64,000 bases of DNA from Eledone cirrhosa (lineage: Eukaryota), in the NCBI GenBank assembly GCA_964016885.1, contig OZ024740.1, forward strand, positions 433,814,001 through 433,878,000, written 5' to 3'. This document shows, piece by piece, positions 10,603-21,895 of the stretch; the stretch's first letter is position 1, and the number at the start of each line of letters is the position of its first letter. The notes under the pieces were generated by a model that saw only the letters and a list, made by a program, of their open reading frames with translations, was not told where the DNA came from and did no database searches. Both the position numbers and the translations under genes were made by a program.

Positions 10603-11243
10603 ATGTTATGTGAGATATTATGTGAGGTAAAGCCTTTACTATGAAAATACAATATTATATATAGAGTAATGTAAATGTTATGTGAGATATTATGTGAGGT
10701 AAAGCCTTTACTGTGAAAATACAATAGTATATATAGAGTAATGTAAATGTTATGTGAGATATTATGTGAGGTAAAGCCTTTACTGTGAAAATACTATAGT
10801 AAATATAGAGTAATGTAAATGTTATGTGAGATATTATGTGAGGTAAAGCCTTTACTATGAAAATACAATAGTATATATAGAGTAATGTGAATGTAATGGA
10901 GATATTATGTGAGGTAAAGCCTTTACTGTGAAAATACTATATTATATATAGAGTAATGTAAATGTTATGTGAGATACTATGTGAGGTAAAGCCTTTACTG
11001 TGAAAATACAATAGTATATATAGAGTAATGTAAATGTTACGTGAGATATTACGTGAGGTAAAGCCTTTACTATGAAAATACAATAGTATATATAGAGTAA
11101 TGTGAATGTAATGGAGATATTATGTGAGGTAAAGCCTTTACTGTGAAAATACTATAGTAAATATAGAGTAATGTAAATGTTATGTGAGATATTATGTGAG
11201 GTAAAGCCTTTACTGTGAAAATACAATAGTATATATAGAGTAA
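10603..11243. repeat. 72-bp minisatellite, array B (about 9 units) between the two LINEs
   Basis: Same unit as array A. The variant GTGAATGTAATGGAGAT occurs twice (about 10887 and 11102). Confidence 0.95.
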
Positions 11244-11478
11244 TTTCTTTATTTGCCACCAGGGCACAAAAGATAGGGACAGATACAAGGGGGGAAGTTT
11301 ACATATAATTAACGAGTACAAAAATATAACAATGAAATAACAACAACAAACGAAGTCCTCAATAGGGAGGGGGCATTAACATGGGTCGCACACACCCCGG
11401 AGAAAATGTGCAACCCTCCTCCTCAGGAGCACAAAGAGTAGGTGCTTCCCTCGTCTCCTCTTTTTCCTCTTCGTTTAC

Positions 11479-14400
11479 CTACAGGCTGATATAGAGAGAA
11501 GACCCATTCACTCTGGCCATTCTCCCTACTTTCACCCACCTTTCATAAAACTTGCTGGGGTAGAGCACCTCTCTCTCCATTCTGATCCTTCTTTTAAAAT
11601 GGTATTTGAAAAGGGGGACCAGTTTTTGGCCGGAGAGAAAGGTGTCTGACCTCAGCCCTTTCAGCCTCGTCGACCATACAACTTCTTTAGCCATGGCTAT
11701 CACACAGAGAAAAACCGCCTCTCCTTCGTTTTTGAAAGGGGGAAGCGGTTTGATCGTGTCAATGGACTCGGTGGTCAACCGGATTGGTCCCACCCTCGAC
11801 AGTAGTCGTTCCACATAGCCCCACAGGTCAGCAATGCCTGGGCAGTGTACGAATGCGTGCGCAACGGTTTCGTCGTCATGCACGCATCTCGGACAGATCT
11901 TATTCAAAGGATCCCTACCCAGGCTCCCATGCCTGTGGAGCTTGTCTCGAACGGGTAGAGCCCCTCGGTAGCACTGCCAAGCCAGGGACTTTTGGAAGTT
12001 GTCCATCGGTCCAGGGCCAAACGTCCTACCGAACAGACTGGCCAGTTCATCTTCCTCCATGCCTAGAGCTTCTCCGAGAGCATCGTCGCACCTGCTGCGT
12101 ACCAACCCTCTATAGAATGTCGAGGTGGAGTCTCCACTGATTGCCGGGTCCGCTTTCCAGAGGGCCGTGAGCGCCTGGGCACATTCAATGTGCCAGTCGC
12201 CCACTTTTCTCGGTCTTTGCTTGACCCAGGATTGCAGCTCGGTGAGCGAGACGAGTCTGGGAAAGGCTCGCCTCACAAACGGGGCCCACACCGGTTGACC
12301 GGTGAGGAATACCTGGAGGTGCCGTAGCCTTAATGCGTGTTTACGCATCTGTAGCCACGGCATCCCCAGCCCTCCTTTCGAAGGGTGTTGACAGCAGATG
12401 GATCTCCTCACCAAAGGGGTCCGCTTGTTCCAAAGAAATTGGAACAGCGCGCACTCAATTTTGGCGAGTCTTTTCACTGGGCAAGGCACGACGGTCAAGC
12501 GGTAGTAGATGACGGATGCTATATAAGTATTCGCCACCTCCGCTCGACCTTTCAGGGATAGTTTGCACTGGGCCCACTTCTGGGTGAGTGCAAACACCCT
12601 GGCCGTTACCTCGTTCCAGTTTTTCTCCATCTGGAGGTCTGGTCCGAACCAGACCCCAAGCAGCTTCACCGGGCCCTCCGTCCAGCGTCCGACGACGTCG
12701 TTGGAGGGCATCGGTTTGCCTCTCCATGTTCCGAGTTGCAAACCGACGGACTTGTCCCGGTTCAGCTTGGCTCCTGTAAACCTTTCATATTCCTCCAGTA
12801 AGGTGCCGATCTCACCGATTTGCGAGGTTTTCGACACCATTACTGTCACGTCATCGGCGTAGGCCGACGCCGCTTTCTGCAATCCCGGTTCCAAAGGGAT
12901 GCCCTGCAACCGCTCCAACTTCCGCAGTAGTGGCTCAAGAGCCAGCACATTCAGAAGGGAGGAGAGAGGGCATCCCTGTCGGATGGATCGCATGATTTGG
13001 AACGGCTCCGAGAGGTGGCCGTTCACCTTGACCCTTGAGCAGACGTTGCTGCTGTGCATCGCAGCAATCCAACCCCTGAAAACGGGTCCGAAGCCTGCCG
13101 CCGCGGGCACCGCATCCAGGTAACGATGGTCAACCCTATCGAAAGCTTTAGATTGATCCAAGTTGATCAGGGCCCCACCAAAGCCGGGTTCATTCCCTAC
13201 CCTCTCTATGATGTATCGCATAAGGTGGAGATTGTCGTGAATGGACCTGGACGGGATTGCGCATGTCTGCGCTTCTCCCACCAGGTTTCCGACGACAAGC
13301 ACCAACCTCTTCGCTAACACCTTGGCCAAAATCTTTAACTCTGTATTTAGCAGAGTTATGGGCCTTAAGTTACTTATGTCATCCCCCTTGTTCTCATCCT
13401 TCCTCACCAGCGTAACTACGCCCTTGGTCACAGAACTGGGAATTCTCCCGTTCTGCTGCCAGTTGCAGTAGACCACTTCGAGGATATCGGAGAACAAGTC
13501 CGGCATCGCTACATATAGCTCGTATGGTAGACCATCGAGACCCGGGGATTTGCGTTTGCCGCATTGGCTCAGCGCCGCCCCTATCTCAGCAGCTGAAATC
13601 GTCCTTTCATAGGACTTCGCCTCCGCGTCCGAGAGGCGCGGCAGACCGTCGAGGTATGGATTGAAATCCATAGTCTCACCCGGCGCGCCGCCCCTCTCGA
13701 ACAGTCGTGCAAAGCACCGCTGAAAGGCCGCACACAGTCTGCCCAGGTTCAAGGATCATACGCCCATCCTGGTCCTTCAAAGACCGAATCGTGGACTTGT
13801 TCCCACTTTTTGCCTCTGTCACTCGGGCCCAGCTCACAGCTTTGGCTCCCTCATTACCCAGAGCGCGTATTTTACTCCTGACAACGCAGCCTTCATGCTT
13901 CACCTCAAAGAACTGGTCTAAGGCCATTCTTGATGCCAGCACGCCGGCTACATTGCCACTCCTAATCGCCTCTTCTACTCTATCTACTAATTCCCTTTCC
14001 GTCTTGTTCCTATCCCTTGCTAATTCCTGACTAAAACCTATCGATTCTATTCTAATTGCTCTCTTAAGAGAGCTCCACCACCTGTTGTTGACAATTGCCC
14101 CTGTCAAACTCTGCTTAACTAACGTGCTAATCCGTTTACTGTAAGCTTTGCTTGTCGGTAAGGACAAGTTCAGCTTCCAGTAACCGGGTCCCTGTCTATG
14201 GGTTCTATCAAGGTTGGCTATGCAGGTCACTAACTTGTGATCCGAATAGTCAACCATGAACATTTTTGGACAGCTAAATGTGTCCCTATCCTTCTCTCTA
14301 ACTAGGACCCTATCTAGGTACGACCTAGATGTTCCGCTAAAATTGGTCCACGTCCATAGTGGTACAGTCGGAAAATCTAGTCGATATCTATCGGCCAGGT

Positions 14401-14917
14401 CAAATCGGCCGATTAACCTTTTGAGGCTTTTACACCCCGCTCTATTGGCACATGCCCCTACATAGTCCCAACGTGCATCCAGGATACCATTCCAGTCCCC
14501 CACTAAAAGCAAGGAGCGGGACGTTCCCAGAAAAGTTTCCAGACGTTGGAAGTATTCCGGCCGCGCTGCCCAAAAAGGGGTTTACACAGCAATTAGTCTA
14601 AGGGCTCCACTTTCACTACTGCCGACGTCTAAAACCACCAGTCGACCCTCCGGGTCCAGGTGCACCTTCTGTATGGCGAGGCCCAGGTGTTTTCGCAGCA
14701 GAACGACAACTCCACCCCCACCCCCCGGTTGACAGAGAGATGCGAAGATCTCAAAGTCGTCGAAGAAGGGTGCCAGTTGGTGCTCGCTGCTGATCCTGGA
14801 CTCGCAAATAGCCATTACATCCATTATATGCGACCTGAGATCATTTAAAAGTTTGCCTTGTTTCCAAGACAGTCCCAGGCCGCGTACATTCGGACACCCA
14901 ACTCTTATATCAGCCAT
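11479..14917 (-). pseudogene. ORF2 of LINE copy 2, broken
   Basis: Premature TAA at 14582-14584 and a +1 frameshift near 13737 split it into the 111-, 278- and 757-aa ORFs. Otherwise near-identical to 5203-8637. Confidence 0.93.
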
Positions 14918-14938
14918 GTTGGTTAACAGAGGAAGGAC

Positions 14939-16686
14939 CTACCTGTTCGGCTCCTGAGGAGCAGGTTGCACAATATCCATGGGCGTATTGGAGGGGTTGT
15001 TTGGTGGGGTGTTGTTCTATGGTGGAGTGGGGGTGTTTGGTGAGGTGTGGGTGGGGAAACGTTTCAAGAGGACGCGGTTATAGGGTCGAGTACATGTTTT
15101 CCCCACGTCCTCAGGAAAGTTCTCTCTTAGTTTTGCATAGGTGTCCATTGGGAGTCTTATCATTTTTAAATGCGGTTTGTTGGCCGCGCTTGCAAAGAAT
15201 TGCCCTTCAGTTTCCACCGAAGGGTCTTTGTGTATTGTTTTTACTAGTTCTTTGTTATTTGTGTTAATGTATGTATACTGTTTTATTTGTGTTGTGTTTG
15301 TTTGTTGTTCTTGTGTGTGCTTACGTTTTGTTGTATGTGTTATGTTTTGGGGTGGGGCGGATTTTGTTTGTTCTGTTTGTTTTGTTTTTGTTGGTGGTTG
15401 TGTGTTTGTTTCGTTTATGTTCGAGTGGTGCTTTCTTTTTTTCCTTTTTACAGGTTGGAAGGGTTCCCCCTCTTCGTCACTAGGTGCCGTTTCAGCTGGG
15501 TCTTCGTCCGTGCTGTCGGGTAGTGGTGTATTTTGGGGTTTTGTTGTGTTTGTGTGTGTTTTGGGAGTTGTTTTGGGTGGGGCCGTGTCTTGTGTTATTT
15601 TTTCATGTTGTTTTTGTTGTTGTTGTTGTGGTGGTAGTGGTTGAGGTGGTGGTGGTGGTGGCGGTGGTGGTGTGTAGGCAAAAGAGCCTTTTTTTTGGTC
15701 AATTGAGGACAGGCAGCCCTTAGATGACCCCTGCTTGAACAGTAATAACATATGGGCCTCCTACCCTCGGCTGAAATGTATATAAATGTTTCTCCATCGA
15801 GGAACACCCTCTGTGGTATTCTAGCTATTCGTTCTGGTCTCATTTGGACCAGAACCTCCACGCTCAAACCGCCGAAAACGTTTGTGGTGACTTCTCCTAC
15901 TGAGAGGATTCCGTCCTCGTCTTCTAAAAATCCTGTTAGTACCCAGGAAATGCATGCATTTGGCCGGATTCCGGAGACTTTTATTTTCTGCGTTCTTTTC
16001 CCCATATATGTGGGGGAAAATGTGTGTAGCTTGGAAACAATTGGCGCCACAGAGTATTTCCTGGCCGTCAATTGATCCTTCATTAGCACCGTTATATTCC
16101 CATAGAGTGGCCCTTTTTGTATGAACGATATATCACTCCACACATTTTTTAGGACCAGCTCAATCTCTTTTTGGGATAATTGAGCTGGTTTCCTTGTTAT
16201 GTTGGAAATTGTTCTGAAAGATATCGTTCTTAGTGTCGTGTCTCTTTTGATTTCTTGTGGGGAGGTGATTGTGAAGTCTCCTCCTTCTTTGAAAGTTACA
16301 TACTGTTTTGCTTCCTTCATCTTTTCTCTCAGAGTTGTAATGTCCAGTTGCTTGCAGGTCTGTGTTTTCCGGACCGCCTGTGCAAAAGAGGCACCAGTAG
16401 TGGGTTCGCTTTGTTTGGTGTTATCGTTATTTTTTCCTTGGTTGGTGTTGTGACTATTGCTGTTGTTGGTCGTGCTGTTATTGTCATTGTTGTTTTTGTC
16501 TGCGTTTATGTGACTTTCTGGGTTTTCACCCATTTTTACAAATTTTTCTTTTAATTCCGTGTTCCATGTTTCTTTTGCAGAAGTGAGGAGGGAAGACTTA
16601 GAGCCTTGTGCTTCTAGCTTCTCTGTATCACCTTTCTTAGGGGGCGTGGCTTTCACGTTAGGATGAGATGTGAAAATTCCGTCCAT
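14939..16686 (-). pseudogene. ORF1 of LINE copy 2, broken
   Basis: Net -1 frameshift at the poly-Pro tract (about 15640-15680), premature TAG at 15017-15019, and an in-frame 15-bp insertion relative to copy 1. Confidence 0.9.
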
Positions 16687-16896
16687 TTCTATTAGTTTGC
16701 CGTAATAAATTTTTAACTGGAAAATTCGCCCCAAAAAGGGGCGAAAATAAATAAACTCAAAGTTTGACGACCAAGGCAAGCGGTTAACGTATATTACAGT
16801 ATAAAAAAATTAATCAAAACTCACTTTTGAGTAAGTAAATCCGACTCGGTAGCCAAGCTTGTTCACACACGTCAACACACGTCTCTCGTATACGAG

Positions 16897-17246
16897 ATGT
16901 TATGTGAGATATTATGTGAGGTAAAGCCTTTACTGTGAAAATACAATAGTATATATAGAGTAATGTAAATGTTATGTGAGATATTATGTGAGGTAAAGCC
17001 TTTACTGTGAAAATACAATAGTATATATAGAGTAATGTAAATGTTATGTGAGATATTATGTGAGGTAAAGCCTTTACCGTGAAAATACAATAGTATATAT
17101 AGAGTAATGTAAATGTTATGTGAGATATTATGTGAGGTAAAGCCTTTACTGTGAAAATACAATAGTATATATAGAGTAATGTAAATGTTATGTGAGGTAA
17201 AGCCTTTACTGTGAAAATACAATAGTATATATTGAGTAATGTAAAT
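16897..17246. repeat. 72-bp minisatellite, array C, running into the MITE right terminus
   Basis: Units start at 16911, 16983, 17055, 17127. The last unit is 60-bp and is followed by GCTAAATGGTTAA. Confidence 0.95.
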
Positions 17247-17395
17247 GCTAAATGGTTAAATGTAGTCAATTGAAACAGCCAGCACTTGTTTGCAATGTTT
17301 TTAAATGTTGATATTAAAAGACGCCCTAATAAATTGTTTAGTCTATGAGGTTTAAATACTGTTAGAAGAAAGTAGGAAGGAAATAAACAGAGAAT

Positions 17396-17725
17396 ATTAT
17401 TAACACTGTTGCTACAGTGTTAATAATGAAATACACTGCCTATGTCTCTCAACACTGTTGCTACAGTGTTAATAAAGAAATACACTGCCCCTGTCTCTCA
17501 ACACTGTTGCTACAGTGTTAATAATAAAATGCACTCTCTATCTCTGTCAACACTGTTGCTACAGTGTTAATAATGAAATACACTGTCTATGCCTCTCAAC
17601 ATTGTTGCTACAGTGTTAATAATAAAATACACTGCTGCTACAGTGTTAATAACGAAACACACTGCCCATGTCTCTCAATTAACACTTTCACAATAGTGTT
17701 TATAATGAAATACACTGCCTATGTC
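17396..17725. repeat. Degenerate 49-bp minisatellite with palindromic core, about 6-7 copies
   Basis: AACACTGTTGCTACAGTGTTAATAA at 17402, 17451, 17500, 17549, 17598. Confidence 0.88.
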
Positions 17726-18439
17726 TATCAATTCATTTTGAAAATTTGAAGAATCTAATAAAATATTTAGTAAGCTAATGTTTGAAATATTACTGAACAA
17801 AAATATCTTAAAATTATAATGAAAGGTTGTGTAACATAAAACTGGGGTGGATTTAGGTGGGTTGTTATCAAAAAGGTTAAGGACGTGACAACCAAATCTA
17901 TAGTCGTTGTATGACAGATAACAATAAGATTATCATTCTAGACAGATGAGTCATAAATTATTCCCCCACACAGGGTTAGATAAATACCAATACTACTATA
18001 TAAAAGTGCCAGCCAGTGTGTTGATCAGTGGACATAGCAGTCTACCTGGTCATGTAGCAGCAATTGGATACTCTCCTCAAAAGAGTTTCTTTCACACTAT
18101 CATGTGGCCACCATTAAGATGGCCTTCAATGGCCTCATAAATAAGTTTCCATAGTAAATCGGTTTGTAGTTGCCAATATGTCATAGAAAACAGTCATCTG
18201 CTTGTTCTTGTATTCCAAAGACAGGATGAGAGATAGTGATGAATAGCTGGCTCCCAGAGTCAATGAAGGCAGTTGCAAAGTTGATTCCGAGCAGTTAAGA
18301 TGTAGTTAACTGTGTCACACAGACCCATTTAGGTCTCTCACTCTCACTCTTGGTCTCTCTCATTGCCAGGCCAACATCCATCATCCCATTACAGAAGTGT
18401 GGTAAATAACATCTTTTGAATCATTGCACATGTGCATAC

Positions 18440-19050
18440 ATTTGGAGAAGTAGCGGCTCTATGGTCGCTGAGCTATGCACTCTATTGAGTAATGTTACCC
18501 CAAGGACCCTTCAGAGGAACCCCATTTTGGACGCTTGAATTCGCGATCGTATTCTTTCGGCCATTACTCAAGATTCATGAATATAGGTAAGGGTTGGCAC
18601 GAATACCGAATTGAGGATAGCGAGTTTACCTTTTACACCTACCTCCCTTCTTCTGACTACTGAATGCTGAAGCTGGTGCATTACTGCACCAGCTTCTGCA
18701 ATTCTTGCACTTAATTCAGCCTCCTTCCTTCCATCACTCATGAATACGGCCCCGAGATACTTGAACTTTTCTACCTGCTTCAGTGGAACTCCATTTACAT
18801 GTAGAGTGCATGTGCAGGGTTCCTTGAGAGGAAGGGTGTCTCAGTTTTCACAGCACTGATTTTCATTCCAGCCATGCAACACTCTGCATCAAACCTATCG
18901 AGTGCAAGTCAAAGATCACCTTCCGTCAAGTTAAGTAACACCATGTCGTCTGCAAATTCAAGTCAACTGATTTTACACCCGCCAGTCATGATACCCCTTC
19001 CCACCCAGCTACACATGTCAATCCTGTTCATGTGAATAATGAATAGGAGA
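18440..19050 (-). pseudogene. Decayed RT fragment of an RTE-clade (Expander/Rex3-like) LINE
   Basis: Manual minus-strand translation with stops and frameshifts: LLFIIHMNRID...EFADDMVLL...LALDRF...GMKIS..KTE...LKQVEKFKYLG...PTLTY.HES*VMAERIRSRIQA. Confidence 0.8.
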
Positions 19051-19124
19051 GCTGTTTCCTTCTAGCTTTATTTTGTCATTTTCATATTTTTTCTGTATGT
19101 GTTTTTGTCCTTATCTAACCAACC

Positions 19125-20090
19125 TCATATTACATCTACTTTCCACACTGGCATGTGTTGGAGAGGTTGTCACAGTCTGAGACCAGACTTTCCACACTGG
19201 CATGTGTTGGAGAGGTTGTCACAGTCTAAGACCAGACTTTCCACACTGGCATGTGTTGGAGAGGTTGTCACAGTCTGAGACCAGACTTTCCACACTGGCA
19301 TGTGTTGGAGAGGTTGTCACAGTCTGAGACCAGACTTTCCACACTGGCATGTGTTGGAGAGGTTGTCACAGTCTGAGACCAGACTTTCCACACTGGCATG
19401 TGTTGGAGAGGTTGTCACAGTCTGAGACCAGACATTTGGGAGTGACCTCATCTTACTCATACATTACATATTTAGCATGGTTTCTATGGCTGGATGCACT
19501 TTACAATGGATAGATTGTTTTTGCAATACCAGCACAACCACAGGACTAGGTATATTGTATCAAGGTACCAACACTAGCAATTTGCAAGATGTACTGAGTG
19601 TATTTTATTATGTCACTAGTACTAAAGAAGTTGTTATATTCTCGACTAGACGAAAGTGTTCCCTTAAACCCTTAAACCCTTAAGTGTTCCCTTAAACCTT
19701 AAGTGTTCCCTTAAACCCTGTATTGTCTTCATTTGATTACCAAACATTGTAGCCTCCCATCTCCCACCACATTTACCTTTATTGTCTTACTACTTGTACT
19801 GGGGGACATGTCTTTTATATTATAGTATATTATCAATCAGCTGTCTTGTGTCATCTCCTTTCTTGATGTCATTCTTTACAACTTCGTCCCATATTTTCCT
19901 TGATCAAGAGTTTGGCACTTTTTTTTATCCAATCTCACTCTCCTGTATCACATATACATATCAGAGTAATCATCACTCTTACACAGTATATTTAATTAAA
20001 ATATTCTCTCAACTCTCTTATACTCTGTCATTCACATACACTAATATTGCACATCCAGTGAAGTCACTGCAAATATTCTGACCAGTTATA
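19125..20090 (-). mobile_element. Old, degraded RTE LINE 3' portion
   Basis: Begins TTTCCACACTGGCATG, resembling the reverse complement of the RTE 3' end at about 27015-27035. GGTTTCTATGGCTGGATGC at about 19480 matches 29980-29998, and decayed GHVMR-region sequence lies near 19940-19980. Confidence 0.55.
19138..19433. repeat. 49-bp minisatellite, 6 near-perfect copies
   Basis: ACTTTCCACACTGGCATGTGTTGGAGAGGTTGTCACAGTCTGAGACCAG at 19138, 19187, 19236 etc. Confidence 0.97.
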
Positions 20091-20230
20091 CAGAAATCTA
20101 ACATGGAAGTATACATAATTGTATAGAGGCTTATATAGAAACATATATGATATTTATGTATAACAAACATACATAAGTCTCACTTTGATCATGTCAACGT
20201 GACCTCAATAACTGAGAACACCAAATATTA

Positions 20231-20860
20231 CAGGGATGCTCAGTTCTTGGAAGGCATGTCTTTTAATAGCTCTAAATTTGTTCTAACTTGTTCTGATTTA
20301 TCATTTCTTTTCAGATAAATAATGACAGACATCGAGGTACCCTAACAAATTAAACTGTAATTGTTGCCTTAACCCTTTAGCATTCACATTTCTCTATTAT
20401 TTACTACTGTATTTTCATGGTAAAGGCTTTATATCACATGACATTGAATCTATGAGATTTTAATATTTATTTTGAGAACAATACCTTAACATAAGTATGA
20501 GCAGCCAGTTATGGCTGGTTTAAATAGAAAAAGGTGAGAGAATTCTGGCCACATATGGCTGGTTTAAGTGCTAAAGGTAGAACATAGTGATTTAGAGATT
20601 GTTCACTTCTTGAAAGTTGCATGGTCGTTTGTTATGAAAGCTCTCAAAGAGCTGGAAGTCACTAACAGGGATTCTGCAGCAGTAGCCAAATGTAAAATGT
20701 TTGCTAATGGTCCTAATACCATCAGAACACTCAAATTTTGTATGAAAGGGGCAGCAAATAATCGATAAGAACTCCAGAAAGTCAATTAGTGCTATTGCTA
20801 GGGAGCTTAAGATTTTAAGGCACACTATCAGAAAAATTGTGCTTGAGGACCTTCGATATT
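20231..20860 (+). mobile_element. 5' fragment of a Tc1/mariner (maT-like) transposon, interrupted by a MITE
   Basis: Starts TA|CAGGG. Decayed N-terminal HTH reads MTDIE..VIVAL[MITE]EHSDLEIVHFLKVAWSFV...IIDKNSRKSISAIARELKI..HTIRKIVLEDLRY. Confidence 0.65.
20369..20578 (-). mobile_element. About 210-bp piggyBac-like MITE (unexpanded sibling of the 4494-17259 element)
   Basis: TTAA|CCCTTTAGCATT ... GTGCTAAAGG termini. Contains a single diverged copy of the 60/72-bp unit (TACTGTATTTTCATGGTAAAGGCTTTATATCACAT). Confidence 0.85.
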
Positions 20861-21806
20861 TTTTGTTAAAAATATAGTTCCCATTGTCAAAGGGATAAAA
20901 CTAAAGAACCTAGAAGAGAGCACAACTAAATTGCTACCCCCCCCCCCAACCGCGAGGAGGGGAATCCCCCCCCCTCCCCCAGCCCTGATAATGACTTCAG
21001 CCATTATCTACTATCACTCACGCACGGAAACCATTGAGGGGTCCTCTATGTGATAATGTTGAAATCTAGACCACTTACAACAGATAAAACATGACATTAT
21101 TACATTACTTTATTCCACCCAGATAAATTCATATGAATAATAAATCAGTTTTATTGAAGGGAAGTTTCTGTTTAACCTTCTCATAACAACCTGCTGCAAA
21201 CTGCCATTTTAAACGGTTCCTATGTAAATTAAAATATTCCAACATGATTTCATATAAAAACCATGTTTTGTTGTAAATACCATTCTAATATTTCTTGGCA
21301 TTAGGACCAGCAATTTGAAATTAGCTAAAAACAACAAAACCTAAGTCAGCCGTGCGTTGACCAGTGTAATTATATCCAAGGTGTGTAGTTATGTGAAACT
21401 CCGATTGTTTTTTCACAGACCCCTACTTTATCTACAAACCTGGGCATTCCTGACTGGCTTCGGGATACTATTCATGAATAACATGTAAAGCAAAAAATTG
21501 TAGAGAAATCTCCAGGGAAGGGGGTGGGGACCATGTCACCCCTTTCATTCTCCGGGGGGAAAAAGTTGATTGCCAGAATCTTGGAGGTTAAATTAGTTGA
21601 TAACACACAAAAAAGCTGAGAGGAAAAAATGTTCCCACTGAAATCGAGTGGGGTGTTCTATAGATTTACTGAAAAATCATTATTATAAATATGATGTTTC
21701 GTATATTTATTGTGTACGTGGTATATGTTCATGTGTGTAGAGTGTATGTATATATATATATATATATATACAATAAATGTAATCTGAGTTATTCGAATAT
21801 TAATAA

Positions 21807-21895
21807 TTGTTTCTACTTTTTGGCACAAGGCCAGCAATTACCCAGTGCATTACTGGTACTTTATTTTATCGACCCCGTAAGGATGAAAGGCAAAA
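21807..21895 (-). mobile_element. SINE fragment
   Basis: TTCTACTTTTTGGCACAAGGCCAGC...TGCATTACTGGTACTTTATTTTATCGACCCCG is nearly identical to 3699-3765. Confidence 0.7.

Larger units (their letters stand above)
11244..16896 (-). mobile_element. Full-length Tx1/L1-clade LINE, copy 2 (disrupted)
   Basis: Colinear with copy 1 over its full length (offset 6276-6294 bp), with the same 5' and 3' termini. Confidence 0.95.
4494..17259. mobile_element. Composite element: TTAA-flanked piggyBac-like MITE expanded by an internal minisatellite and two LINE insertions
   Basis: Left end TTAA|CCTTTTAGCATTTA (4494); right end TAAATGCTAAATGG|TTAA (17259). 4498-4695 plus 17187-17255 align colinearly with the reverse complement of the 210-bp element at 20369-20578. 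Confidence 0.85.

Noticed and set aside
15595-15690. Poly-His tail in the 394-aa ORF
   Set aside because: Frameshifted reading of the poly-Pro (CCA)n tract in the broken ORF1.
4636-17246. 72-bp arrays as LTRs or as LINE 5'UTR promoter monomers
   Set aside because: The element is APE-type non-LTR with no integrase, PBS or PPT. The unit is traceable to the MITE body and runs directly into MITE termini on both outer sides.
16814-17269. ORFs with 24-aa repeats in the 72-bp arrays (also 4616-4983, 11070-11321)
   Set aside because: Translation of a tandem repeat whose unit is divisible by 3.
19654-19720. CCCTTAAA-type short repeats resembling telomeric DNA
   Set aside because: Only a few imperfect copies, not TTAGGG; consistent with local slippage.
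20880-21660. C/G-run-rich patches possibly from further DNA transposons
   Set aside because: No termini, TSD or coding remnant could be established by eye.
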